Source of the DNA: Calditrichia bacterium
Lineage (GTDB): Bacteria > Calditrichota > Calditrichia > JAJRVZ01
NCBI GenBank assembly: GCA_963796965.1
Contig: CAWCNS010000009.1
Location: 1 to 64,000, forward strand
DNA length: 64,000 nt
Direction: 5' to 3'
Part shown: positions 21,409-31,788 of the stretch, piece after piece
How the letters are laid out: every line of letters starts with the position of its first letter
Numbering within the stretch: position 1 is the stretch's first letter
Made by a program: the position numbers and the translations under genes
Notes under the pieces: model-generated
Databases searched by the model: none
The model's input: the letters and a program-made list of their open reading frames with translations, nothing else
What the model was told of the DNA's origin: nothing

Positions 21409-21846
21409 TTAGTTTACCTTAATCGGGATTTCTTTTGGTTTAACCTCCGGAACCTTTGGCATGTGCACCTCTAAAACACCCTTTTTGTATTCAGCATTAA
21501 TCTTCTCTTTATCCACAGATAATGGTAGTGGAAGAATACGCTCAAAGAAACCATGAAATCTTTCCACGCGATGGAAATGTTTTTTCTTTTCATCGCGCTC
21601 AATCTTTCTGTCACCCTTTATGATGAGGTTATCTCCCGATAATATCAGAGAAATCTCCTTTTCATCAATTCCGGGCACGTCCATTTTCACTACAATTTCA
21701 TTTTCTGTCTCTTCAACATCACAGGAGGGCGAAAATCCTCTGTCATCCCAATAGCCAACAGGTTCAGCGAAAGGATTCAACCATTGATTCATCTGATCAC
21801 GCATGCCTTGCATTTCATGGAACGGATCATATTTAATTATTCTCAT
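21409..21846 (-). CDS. Hsp20/alpha-crystallin small heat-shock protein
   Basis: DVEET..KMDVPG..ERFHGFFER..AEYKKGVLEVHMPK. Confidence 0.95.
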   Translation of the reverse strand: MRIIKYDPFHEMQGMRDQMNQWLNPFAEPVGYWDDRGFSPSCDVEETENEIVVKMDVPGIDEKEISLILSGDNLIIKGDRKIERDEKKKHFHRVERFHGFFERILPLPLSVDKEKINAEYKKGVLEVHMPKVPEVKPKEIPIKVN

Positions 21847-21910
21847 TTCAATATTCTCCTATAAATTTGAATTAAATCAGTTCTTAATTAACTTCTCATA
21901 TACACAATAG

Positions 21911-22066
21911 ACAAATCTTATGCCAAACAAAATGAATTCTCGCAATTTGTTGATTATAAATAGGTTACACATAGATACTAATAAAGGTAAGTGCCTATTG
22001 AATTGAATAATTTATCATTTTGATAAAATAGGTATGAGGATAGATAATCAGTTATCAAATTGATAA
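21911..22066 (-). promoter_or_regulatory. sigma54 promoter + IHF site + paired enhancer palindromes (hsp20 operon)
   Basis: TGGCAT-AAGAT-TTGT (21925-21911). IHF consensus match AATCAA-CAAA-TTG (21955-21943). TTATCA-TTT-TGATAA at 22012-26 and TTATCA-AAT-TGATAA at 22052-66. Confidence 0.8.
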
Positions 22067-22223
22067 AATCATGAGGTTTTGTGGTTGAATTATTACAATT
22101 CTGATAGAAAAAGAGCAGGTTAATAAATGAGAAGATTAATAGTAATTCCATTTGAAACGCGCTTCACTATAACTATGGTAGCATCATCATTTCATTTAAG
22201 CGATCTCCAACTTATTAAACAAT

Positions 22224-24783
22224 TCAATTTACTATGTCTTTAAAGTGTGTTTTTTGCACTGATTTATTTTTTTTTAATTTGATAGGTAAAGACCTAACTT
22301 TCCAAATATCATCCGCATACTCTTGTATCGTTCTATCAGTTGAGAACTTGCCCATACCCGCCGTATTCTTGATTGACATTTTGATCCATCTATCTTTATC
22401 AAGATATGCTTTAGTTATTTCACTTTGGGTATCAGAATAACTTTCAAAGTCTGACATAACCATAAAATAGTCACTACCCAGGAGGGAATTGATGATTGGT
22501 CTAAAAATCTCACGATCATTATTTGAGAAGAAACCTTTTTCAATCATATCGATTGCTGTTTTAAGTTCTTCGTTATTTAAATAGTATTCAGTGGGGCGGT
22601 ATAAGCCTTTCCTCCTATCGAACACCTGTTTATCATTTTGTCCAAATATAAAGATATTATCATTTCCTACTTCTTCCCCAATTTCAATATTGGCCCCATC
22701 ACGTGTTCCTATTGTCACCGCCCCATTCAAAGCAAATTTCATATTACCTGTTCCGGAAGCTTCCATGCCCGCGGTTGATATCTGTTCAGAAACATCTGCT
22801 GCCGGTATAATCTTTTGAGCGAGGGTAACCGAATAATCAGGTAAAAAAATCACCTTCAACATATCCCCTATATCACGATCGTGATTAACAATTTCCGCAA
22901 CATTGTGAATTAATTTTACAATCAGTTTTGCCATCTGATAGGCTGGAGCTGCTTTACCGGCAAAAATCATGGTACGGGGATAATACTCAAATTTGGTATC
23001 TGATTTCAATCGGTTATATAAACTTATCACATGAATAATATTTAATAACTGGCGTTTATATTCATGAATTCGCTTGATCTGACAATCAAAAATTGAATCA
23101 ACATTTATCTCAATTTCATATTTTTCTTTAATAAATTTGGTGAAGTCTTTTTTATTATCCATCTTCACTTCACGCCAATACAAATGAAGTGTGTTATCTG
23201 ATATGTATTTTTCTAAATTCTTTAGTTCATATAGATCAGTAGTCCAATTTTCACCAATTGTATCGCTAATCAGTTCTGAGAGGGATGGATTACATAATTT
23301 CAACCAGCGCCTCGGTGTAATACCATTGGTTTTATTATTGAATTTGTACTTCCAGATATCACTAAAATTTTTAAAAAGTTGCGATTTCAATAGGTTACTA
23401 TGTAACGCAGCAACCCCATTTACTGAATGACTGCCAATAATGGCCAAATTTGCCATTCGTATTCGTTTTTCTTCACCCTCTTCAATAATGGACATTTTTC
23501 TAATCCCGTCCTCGTTTCCATTGTCGATACGTATAGTGGTCAAAAATCTTCTGTTTATTTCATATATTATCTGCAAATGGCGAGGTAATAGTTTTTCTAA
23601 GAGACTCACCCTCCAGGACTCAAGCGCTTCCTGTAAAAGTGTATGGTTCGTGTAAGCAAAAGTGGTGGATGTAATCTCCCAGGCTTTTTCCCATGGTATT
23701 CTTTCCTGATCAATGAGTAACCGCATTAGTTCAGGAATACATAATACCGGATGGGTATCATTCAGCTGAACGGCCACCTTTTCTGCAAACTTTGTAAAAT
23801 CATTGTTTGCTTTTTTATAACGCCGGATAATATCTTGCATGGTAGCAGATGATAAAAAGTATTCCTGTTTTAACCTCAGTTCCCGCCCCTGAATTAAATC
23901 GTCACGTGGATATAGTACCTTTGAAAGCGTTTCTGACTCTATTTTATCCTGAACCGCTCGATCATAATCACCGTGATTAAAGTATGATAAATTAAACTCA
24001 TCATTCGATTTTGCAGACCATAAGCGTAAATTATTGACTGTATTATTATGATAACCTGGTATAGGGATATCATGAGCAACGGCCATTATGTTGTCAGTAT
24101 TCACCCAATCCCATTGCATGCGTACATCTTTATCATAGTAACTCTGAACCTTGCCATAAAATTTTATGGTATAGGTAAACTCTGGTCGTTCTATTTCCCA
24201 GGGATAGCCATAGCGCAACCAGTGATCAGGCTGCTCAATCTGATAACCATTTTGTATCTTCTGTGAAAATATGCCGTATTCATACCTGAGGCCATATCCA
24301 TAGGCAGGCAGTTCTAATGTTGCCATTGAATCGAGAAAACAAGCAGCTGAGCCGCCCTAAACCACCATTTCCCAGACCGGCATCGCATTCAACTTCCTGC
24401 AACTCCTCAAGATCGAGCCCTAATTCCCACAAGGCGTCCGATATTGTTTTAGTTAAGTCCAAATTCATCATGTTGTTACCAAGAAGGCGACCCATCATAT
24501 ATTCCATAGAAATAAAATATATCCTTTTTACATCTTCCTCATAATAAGCCTGTTGTGTTTCAATCCATCGTTCGAACAAACGATCTCTGACTGTCAAAGC
24601 AATACATTTGAAAAAATCAAGTTTGGTCACTGAATACCTGTCTTTTGCCAGTGAAAATTCCAAATGATTAACAAAATCTTTTTGAATAGAATTTTTATCT
24701 CGCCCCAATAGATCATTGGTTGAAGGTGAAAGTTTACCCAATAATTTATACCGATTTTTCAGATCCCTCGCTATTGTTTTCAT
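22224..24783 (-). CDS. glgP: Glycogen/maltodextrin phosphorylase (one frameshift near 24335)
   Basis: SMEYMMGR, GLGNGGLGRL, QLNDTHP, KRIHEYKRQ, EASGTGNMKF. Confidence 0.95.
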
Positions 24784-24871
24784 AGTGATAAAATTTCCCT
24801 TTTATAAGGACTTTCTGTTGCTAATCCTATACTATATATTTCCATTGGACATATCAATTATAATTTTTACC

Positions 24872-25354
24872 TTAGGGTGCTATATTCTTTATGAGAATTA
24901 ATTTATCTTCACCAATTGAGTAAAAATTGCTTAATCTAGAAGTTACATTGTAGTTGTGTTCCAAGTATGTATCATACTGTTTTTTAAAGCGTAAATGGGA
25001 AGATATTTCAATAGATATAATTCGCCCTTTAATTCTGGCTAATTCATTCTCGATGTATTTGAGAATATGATGGAGAACTTCCCCATTCTTAATCGTGGGT
25101 GAATAGACTAAATTATAAACCTGATAAGTTTTGGCGGCACGTGGATCAGGACCATAAACTGCATATCCTAGTAGATCTGTAGATTCATTTTCAGCTATAA
25201 CCACTTTAAATAGCCTTTGATCTACATCAAATAGAGAGAGATCTATCTGATGTAGGGTTGCTTCCAGTTCTTCTGATTTAATTTTATCACCCTGCTGCAT
25301 CAGATCATAAATATTCGCACGATCATGAGCTTTTATTTCTCTAATCTTTATCAT
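24872..25354 (-). CDS. GNAT-fold protein with degenerate acetyl-CoA motif
   Basis: GYAVYGP..YQVYNL..IISIEISS..NFYSIGEDKLI pattern. The (Q/R)xxGxG loop is replaced by IKNGEV. Confidence 0.65.
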   Translation of the reverse strand: MIKIREIKAHDRANIYDLMQQGDKIKSEELEATLHQIDLSLFDVDQRLFKVVIAENESTDLLGYAVYGPDPRAAKTYQVYNLVYSPTIKNGEVLHHILKYIENELARIKGRIISIEISSHLRFKKQYDTYLEHNYNVTSRLSNFYSIGEDKLILIKNIAP

Positions 25355-25520
25355 AGGCTGCTTTCTCCAGGCTTTCATCAATAATTAATTTTAAAAAATA
25401 TGTAAATTCATACTCTGAAACTTCAAATCCTAATTGAAAGACAGAGCCTGGCATTAAGGAGGGATTGGGATGATAGTCTGCTCATAATATTTTGTTTACC
25501 GAGAGACATTCTCTCATCCC

Positions 25521-25898
25521 CTAATTAAGACTGAACTCTGACTTCTTAAAAGTTTTGCATGTAACACATGTATCTGTAGTAGGCACAGCCATTAGCCGCT
25601 CATGAGGAATCCTTTTTCCACAGATTTTACATTTCCCATATTGACCTTTATCAATATTTCTAAGTGCATCATCTATTCGAGCCAGGTACTCTAACTCTCT
25701 GGAAATCAACATAAATGATTCTTCTCTTCCCATAGAATCACTACCCTGATCTGCTATATGAGTGCTATATCTATCCAGTGATTCCGTATCCTGTTCCCTA
25801 ACCTGAGAAATTGATCTTAATTGTTCAATTATATCTAAAATATGCTTTCGCCGATCATGTAATAGTGTTCGATAAATATCCGGAATACTTTTAGTCAT
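25521..25898 (-). CDS. TraR/DksA C4-type zinc finger protein
   Basis: HIADQGSD coiled-coil tip, IDDALRNI..YGKCKICG..ERL.AVP..CVTC. Confidence 0.92.
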   Translation of the reverse strand: MTKSIPDIYRTLLHDRRKHILDIIEQLRSISQVREQDTESLDRYSTHIADQGSDSMGREESFMLISRELEYLARIDDALRNIDKGQYGKCKICGKRIPHERLMAVPTTDTCVTCKTFKKSEFSLN

Positions 25899-25960
25899 TT
25901 TAATATCCCCTTATAATTATATGTATCTGTAATTCACTAATTGATATATTGGGTTATGAT

Positions 25961-26148
25961 ACAATTAATATGCCAATATAAATAAATAGCCCTAATATAT
26001 TGTTTATATAAGAATTATAGCATAAGCACAATTATGAAAAAGTAGATAAATTTTTCATATCGATAATTTTGTGTTATTTACCTTCAGAATATTCTCAAAA
26101 TGAAAATATAATCGATTTGTGAGGATAATTTTTTTACTGAAATGAGAA
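25961..26148 (-). promoter_or_regulatory. sigma54 promoter + IHF-like site + enhancer palindromes (dksA-GNAT-glgP)
   Basis: TGGCAT-ATTAA-TTGT (25975-25961). AAACAA-TATA-TTA (26005-25993). TTTTCA-TAT-CGATAA at 26052-66, TTCTCA-AAA-TGAAAA at 26092-106, weak third site at 26134-48. Confidence 0.75.
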
Positions 26149-26191
26149 ATCAGGGAGGAGGAATTTGAAGAAAAACTCTAAATAAGGGATA

Positions 26192-27553
26192 CTATATTTC
26201 TTCTAAGCCATATGTTTTCATTTTGCGGTATAAAGTTGCCAGACCAATCTGCAAACTCATCGCTGTCTTATTTTTATCATCATTGTAATATCTTAGCGTT
26301 TTTATTATAGCTTCTTTTTCTAGCTCAGCCAAGGACATTTCCGCTTTAATCTTTAAGTTAATACTAGTGTCATCAGAGGGCGTATTTAATATTGGAAAGT
26401 GATGTAATTTCAATATTTTCTCTTTTGACAATACAACCGCTCGTTCAATCATATTCTCTAGTTCACGAATATTACCTTTCCAGGGATAATGTTTAAATTC
26501 TCTTATGACTTTTGGATCAATACCTTCAATATCTTTTTTATTTAATAAATTGTATTTATCTATAAAATGTTGGGCCAGATATATAATATCTTCTTCACGT
26601 TCTCTTAAAGGGGGTGAGTGAATGGTGATGACATTCAACCGATAAAATAAATCCTCTCGAAAGGTGCCTTCTTTCACCATTTTTGACAGATCTGCATTTG
26701 TTGCGGCAATTATTCGAACATCTACTTTAATCGTGGATGTTCCACCTAAATGTTCAATCTCACCATTTTGAAGTACACGCAGCAACTTTACTTGCATATT
26801 CTTGGGTAAATCGCTGATTTCGTCTAATAACAATGTTCCTTGATGAGCAAGTTCAATCTTTCCTTTTTTTTGCTTCTGAGCACCGGTAAAAGCACCTTTC
26901 TCATAACCAAATAATTCTGATTCGATTAATGTTTCCGGTATCGCACCGCAATTTATTGTTATAAAAGGTTTATTATGCCTTAGACTTGCATAGTGTATTG
27001 CTAAGGCCACCATTTCTTTACCTGTACCACTTTCACCAGTCAACAAAACCGTACTCTGTGCAGGGGCAACTTGTTTTATCAGCTCAAGATTTTCTCTGAA
27101 TTCGGGACTAATACCAATTAGTTGAGGATGGTTTTGATTATCTCCCAGCTGTCTGAGTAATCTTTCGTTCTCTTTTCTTAGTGAGATATTTTCAGCAATG
27201 CGACTTACTATGCGTTTTAGTTCTGCCAGACGTATAGGTTTTTGAAGATATTCGTAGGCTCCCCCCCGTATTGCATCAATAGCACTTTCAACAGACCCAT
27301 AGGCCGTAACCACAATTATGGAGATCCCGGGGAATTTTTCTTGAATGAATTTAACAATATCCAGCCCAGTCCCATCTTTTAACTTTAAATCCGTTACAAC
27401 AATATCAATCATAGAAGATTTAAGAATATTAATCGCTTCATTTCTAGACAATGCTGTTAGTATGTCATATGATTTCTCCGTCTCCAACCCTATACGCATG
27501 GCATCTAAAGCATCTATCTCATCATCCACCAAAAGTAATTTCAATTTATCCAT
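26192..27553 (-). CDS. NtrC-family sigma54 activator (REC-AAA-HTH)
   Basis: LLVDDE..VVTDLKL receiver, GESGTGKE, ESELFGYEKGAFTGA, LDEI, REDLFYRLNV, WKGNIREL, C-terminal HTH TLYRK. Own GGAG RBS and ATG at 27553, in frame with the kinase. Confidence 0.92.
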   Translation of the reverse strand: MDKLKLLLVDDEIDALDAMRIGLETEKSYDILTALSRNEAINILKSSMIDIVVTDLKLKDGTGLDIVKFIQEKFPGISIIVVTAYGSVESAIDAIRGGAYEYLQKPIRLAELKRIVSRIAENISLRKENERLLRQLGDNQNHPQLIGISPEFRENLELIKQVAPAQSTVLLTGESGTGKEMVALAIHYASLRHNKPFITINCGAIPETLIESELFGYEKGAFTGAQKQKKGKIELAHQGTLLLDEISDLPKNMQVKLLRVLQNGEIEHLGGTSTIKVDVRIIAATNADLSKMVKEGTFREDLFYRLNVITIHSPPLREREEDIIYLAQHFIDKYNLLNKKDIEGIDPKVIREFKHYPWKGNIRELENMIERAVVLSKEKILKLHHFPILNTPSDDTSINLKIKAEMSLAELEKEAIIKTLRYYNDDKNKTAMSLQIGLATLYRKMKTYGLEEI

Positions 27554-29188
27554 ATAACTGACTCTGCTCCAATTTAAAGGTAAAAAGGGTGAAAGAATAA
27601 AAAGATTCCAATTTACTTTCCTTTTACTTACTTTATCCTTTAGTTCAACGATGGCCGGGATACTTACAATAAAACGAGTTCCCTCCAAACCGGATGAGGT
27701 ACAAGAAACTTTCCCATGATGTGCGTGGACTATTTCACGTACGATAAACAATCCTAACCCGCTACCCTTATCTTTTGTTGTAAAATAGGGTTTAAATACA
27801 TTTTGAATGTTATCAGATTTTATACCGCTTCCATTATCTTCGATATGAATAGTAATATTTTTATTTCGCTTTCTAATATTAATAGTAATTTTACCATGGT
27901 CTCCTACAGCATCGATGGCATTGTCAATAAGATTCCGAAATACTCTGCTCAACTGGTTCCAATCGCCATTAATCATTGATTTGTTTTTAGATCTATTATA
28001 GGTTATCATTTTATTTCTTTCGGTGAGTTGGTGACGAATATCCAGGATTAACTCATCCAGAGGTTCTCTGATATCAATTGGCTCTAATTTTAATTCCGTA
28101 AGACGCGAATAACCCACATAGCGATTCAAATTATGTGTTAAATTGGAAATTTGCCGGTTTATCTTCTTTATAATTACATCCTGCTCCTCATTGATTGATT
28201 GCCCCGCTGATAAAAGATCTGTTAAAACATCAATGTTTAATGCAAGAGAATTAACCGGATTTCGAATATCATGCATCATTGCATCAGATAGTCTTGCAAT
28301 AGCACTCAGTTGTTCAATTTTTTCTAATTGTGATTTTAACTTTTCATCTTTGCTTAAATCAACAAAGTTGAATATATATTGAACCTTTTGTTTCATCTCC
28401 GATTTCAATTTATTTATTAACACATAGGAATTAAATATACCTCCATCTTTGGTTTGAATATTTAGTTTCATTCTTTTCCTTCGAGATAATTCACCCGATA
28501 ATTGATCACCAATCTCTTTTTGTGAAGCAAGGGAAAATATGCTTAATATATTCATTCCAATGATGTCGGCCTGTTGATAACCTGTTATGTTTTCAGCCAT
28601 TGAGTTCCATAATTTTACCTTTAATTCATGGTCACAACCGGCTAAACCAGTTGGTGTATTTTTAATTAACTGATATACTGAGTTTAATTGTTTCTGCAGA
28701 TCATTCTTAACTATTTTAAGGTTCGTGGTTATGTAAGCATCACGATGGATTTTGTTATTGTATTCTGCTTCATATTTATTACAGAGGGAAAATATAGCAT
28801 GATCGGTGAGATTCGATATAGTAACATTTATGTCCTTCTCTATCATTGGGTCATAATTAGAAGAATTTATCTTTTCGGTAAGAATCTTACGGCAGATAGT
28901 AAGTATTTGTATTTTTTGATTAAGAGATTTTTGAACAGGGTTATTTTCCTGAAATAGAGAAAGGACCGTACGTGTTAGATCATTTGATTTATATTGCTTT
29001 TTATTAAATTTTCTTTTTAAATCTCGTCCATAACTAGTTATTATTTCCTTAATAATCTCAACTTCTTGTTCATTTTGATTATCTTGATTATTTATATCTA
29101 CACTATCAAAATAGGATATTTGAATCTTATTACATAGTTCATCAATATTTTCAAAAATATTTGAGTAGAGATCACTTTTTAAATTCAT
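27554..29188 (-). CDS. Cytoplasmic PAS histidine kinase (reads through in frame into the activator)
   Basis: PAS (WNSMAENITGY), HDIRNP H-box, NLIDNAIDA, DNGSGI, FTTK..GSGLGL. No TM segment. Confidence 0.9.
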
Positions 29189-29310
29189 TTTTACAGAATT
29201 ATATTACATGTTTTACGAATTTAAATATCTAATGAATTTAAATATAAGTACATACTACATAGGATGTAAATAAAATGTTGAACAGAAGATATACAGAATT
29301 TGAAATAAAA

Positions 29311-29913
29311 TCACTTTCTTCTTCTATCCAATTTAAACATTTGTTTGTAAACACCGTTTTTTCTGACATCTGGTACAGGATCAGTCACAACGCGGGCAGA
29401 ATCAATATTTTCTATCGTGTAATATGCAGAAGGTTCAGTCTTGTTTACTAACACTATTACTTCTTTCATTATTTTTCTTGGGATAACAGAAAATATAATC
29501 TTAACAGGCCCTTTTGAACCATGCCCATCCACAATTGTAACACCATTGCCAAAACTTTTCAAGCGGCCAATTAGCTCCGTCGCATCAGATTTTGTAATTA
29601 TTCTTATCATCTCCATACCAAGTGCTAATCTTTTTTCTACAACCATACCAATATAATTTCCAAGTCCAAATCCCCCTGCGTATGCCAAATAGCAGGCAAT
29701 ATTACTTAAATTTTTGAATATCTGCTCAATAGCCAGAAGCCATATCAGAACCTCAAAGAATCCTAACACTGGTGCAAGCACAACTTTTCTTTTTGCTATA
29801 AAAATTATACGTAAAGTACCAATTGTTACGTCAAAAATGCGAGCGATCATAATGAGTAAGGGTAAAAAGACCCAGACATAGAGTGGTGATTCAGGAAGGG
29901 CCATAAAGTCCAT
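29311..29913 (-). CDS. DUF2179 / UPF0316 membrane protein
   Basis: ARIFDVTIGTLR, GFFEVLIW, AYAGGFGLGNYIG, GVTIVDGHGSKGPV. Confidence 0.88.
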   Translation of the reverse strand: MDFMALPESPLYVWVFLPLLIMIARIFDVTIGTLRIIFIAKRKVVLAPVLGFFEVLIWLLAIEQIFKNLSNIACYLAYAGGFGLGNYIGMVVEKRLALGMEMIRIITKSDATELIGRLKSFGNGVTIVDGHGSKGPVKIIFSVIPRKIMKEVIVLVNKTEPSAYYTIENIDSARVVTDPVPDVRKNGVYKQMFKLDRRRK

Positions 29914-29955
29914 ATATTCTATCCTTTTGATTTTGGAAATACGTGAGACAATACA

Positions 29956-29994
29956 AAACGCAGTAATTATTGTCCAACATCAACTACTGCGTTT
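29956..29994. repeat. Hairpin in the DUF2179 leader
   Basis: AAACGCAGTA ... TACTGCGTTT, 10-bp arms. Confidence 0.6.
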
Positions 29995-30033
29995 AACTAC
30001 AAAATTAAATCAAGTTTATCATCATATTAGACT

Positions 30034-30190
30034 TCAAATATTATGCCAGGATTATCCTTTATATTTAATATATTGAGAATAAATAACTTACATTAATAAC
30101 AAATAGTCTGCCATATATGTGGTTTTTACTTAGATTTATCATTTTGAAAAAATTAGTCTTATGAAGATTTTTTGCTTCTCAATTTGAGAA
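30034..30190 (-). promoter_or_regulatory. sigma54 promoter + IHF-like site + enhancer palindromes (DUF2179-kinase-activator)
   Basis: TGGCAT-AATAT-TTGA (30048-30034). TCTCAA-TATA-TTA (30078-30066). TTATCA-TTT-TGAAAA at 30136-50 and TTCTCA-ATT-TGAGAA at 30176-90. Confidence 0.75.
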
Positions 30191-30341
30191 AATATCAGAC
30201 TAGTAGAAACCAATATAATAATAGCCGGATGCTTTTTGTTGGTCGTTAAAACCAAAAAAAAGGAAAATATAAATAGTATTGTATTTTATTAAAGTGTCTT
30301 TTTATATTTATTATAAATTTCGAAACATTTTGACCGACCTA
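30085..30341 (+). repeat. Diverged direct repeat, copy 1
   Basis: Aligns by eye with 33378-33609: AGATTTATCATTTTG, CAATTTGAGAAAATA.CAGAC, TTGTATTT.ATTAA.GTGTCT, CGAAA..TTTTGAC(C)GACCTA. Confidence 0.8.
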
Positions 30342-30539
30342 CAGTTGTGAATTTCACGGACCGTCTGGTCTGGCCTATGAGCGATACGGTAGATATGTTT
30401 GAGGATCAGATGGATAAAGTGGATATAGCACCTGACAAATCATAGTCACCGGCCCACTACGCCAACATCTGAATTAAACTGTTAGGTACAAATATCAATA
30501 TCAAATTAATTAAAATTTAATTGAATAGGAGCATTAACG

Positions 30540-31085
30540 ATGGATTGTCCAAAATGTAAAATTGAATTACACAAAAAATCTATTGAGGGGATTGAAGTTG
30601 ATGAATGTGAGAAATGTGAAGGGATATTTTTCAAGAATGATGAATTGAGACAGGTTAAGAATAAAACAGATTCTGACCTTAATTGGATGGATTTTGAGAT
30701 TTGGAAACACCCGGATAGGTTTAAAGCCAAATCGACCAAATATAATTGTCCTACTTGCGAGAATTCAATGGATGTGCTTGACTATAACAATACACAAGTT
30801 GAAATAGATTACTGCACAAATTGTAAAGGCATTTGGCTTGATAAGAATGAACTTCAAAAAATAATCATTGCATTAGAAGAAGAAATTCTCACAAAATCCA
30901 TGGGTGACTATGTAAAAGCTACAGTAGAAGAAGCAAAAGAGATAATTAATGGACCTGAATCATTTTTATCGGAATGGAAAGATTTTTCGACAATCCTAAG
31001 ATTTTTACAGTATAGATTTTTAAGTCTTCATCCCAAAATACATGATACCCTTGTAAGCTTTCAAAATAATCCATTAAATAGGTAA
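30540..31085 (+). CDS. Tandem zf-TFIIB-like zinc-ribbon protein
   Basis: CPKC..DECEKCEGIFF..EL and CPTC..DYCTNCKGIWLD..EL. AGGAG RBS. Confidence 0.85.
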   Translation: MDCPKCKIELHKKSIEGIEVDECEKCEGIFFKNDELRQVKNKTDSDLNWMDFEIWKHPDRFKAKSTKYNCPTCENSMDVLDYNNTQVEIDYCTNCKGIWLDKNELQKIIIALEEEILTKSMGDYVKATVEEAKEIINGPESFLSEWKDFSTILRFLQYRFLSLHPKIHDTLVSFQNNPLNR

Positions 31086-31190
31086 ATAATTTAAGCAGTT
31101 AATGAAATTTACTTTAGAATACGGCTAATTAAGGGCCAACGCCTGTCCAGTATCTCCTTGAGCTGTACGTTATATTTGCGGCTCATTAAT

Positions 31191-31387
31191 TCATCTACCA
31201 GCTCGGATATCATCAAAAAAAGGAGTTCTTCTCTGCTCAACTGAAATCGCAGCATACAGGTACATGGCTGCCGACCATGTCTGCCAGTCCTGACCCTGAG
31301 GAGTAGTGTCCCCCCCCCGGCCCAAATTGTCTCATCATCGGGGTGGGCGACAATAACAGCCGCCGAGACAGAACGTTTTTCGCTCAT
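31191..31387 (-). pseudogene. Deletion chimera: PIG-L deacetylase N-terminus joined to a glycoside hydrolase-like C-terminus
   Basis: VIVAHPDDETIWAGG, then in another frame PQGQDWQTWSAAMYLYAAISVEQRRTPFFDDIRAGR* (stop at 31191). Confidence 0.65.
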
Positions 31388-31476
31388 CTCACAAACTTGT
31401 TACTCTGCAGGAAGGTCTGTTATGGCGTAATTTATCCGGCAAATTACATAGCAAATAAAAGGGAAGCTTTTTCACA

Positions 31477-31785
31477 TTACCTTCTTTCAACAATAATCTC
31501 TAATTGTTCTATTTTTTCAAGTAAGTGAAGTGCAAGAGCGGCACCTGCCAGATTTACATTAAAGTCATTTTGTAATCGTTGGACCTTGCGGACACGTTCA
31601 ACTACAGTAAAAGAAAAACGCCATACTTTTTTGCTCTCTCCAGTAGGATCCAGAATACCCTCGTTAACCATCTCAATAATCAGTTCTGGCGTCAGGTTAC
31701 AAATGTTGCATAATTGAATCAAGGAAAGGTCATTTTCATCATCTAAGATTTTTCCATGACAAACTTGTATAATATTATATTTCAT
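31477..31785 (-). CDS. cbpM: Chaperone modulator CbpM
   Basis: EMVNEGILDP..WRF..RLQNDFNVNLAGAALAL. Follows cbpA. Confidence 0.9.
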   Translation of the reverse strand: MKYNIIQVCHGKILDDENDLSLIQLCNICNLTPELIIEMVNEGILDPTGESKKVWRFSFTVVERVRKVQRLQNDFNVNLAGAALALHLLEKIEQLEIIVERR

Positions 31786-31788
31786 CGT

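Noticed and set aside
22012..22107. 40-bp periodic palindromes as a mini-CRISPR
   Set aside because: Units are only 15 bp, degenerate and 2-3 copies, there are no cas genes, and their position fits enhancer sites.
30455..30490. Possible integron attC-like site (GCCAAC...GTTAGGT)
   Set aside because: Only ~27 bp, no inner L boxes, no matching site after the gene and no integrase in the window.
31109..31387. 92-aa ORF as an intact PIG-L protein
   Set aside because: Lacks the second HxDH motif and is a chimera of fragments.
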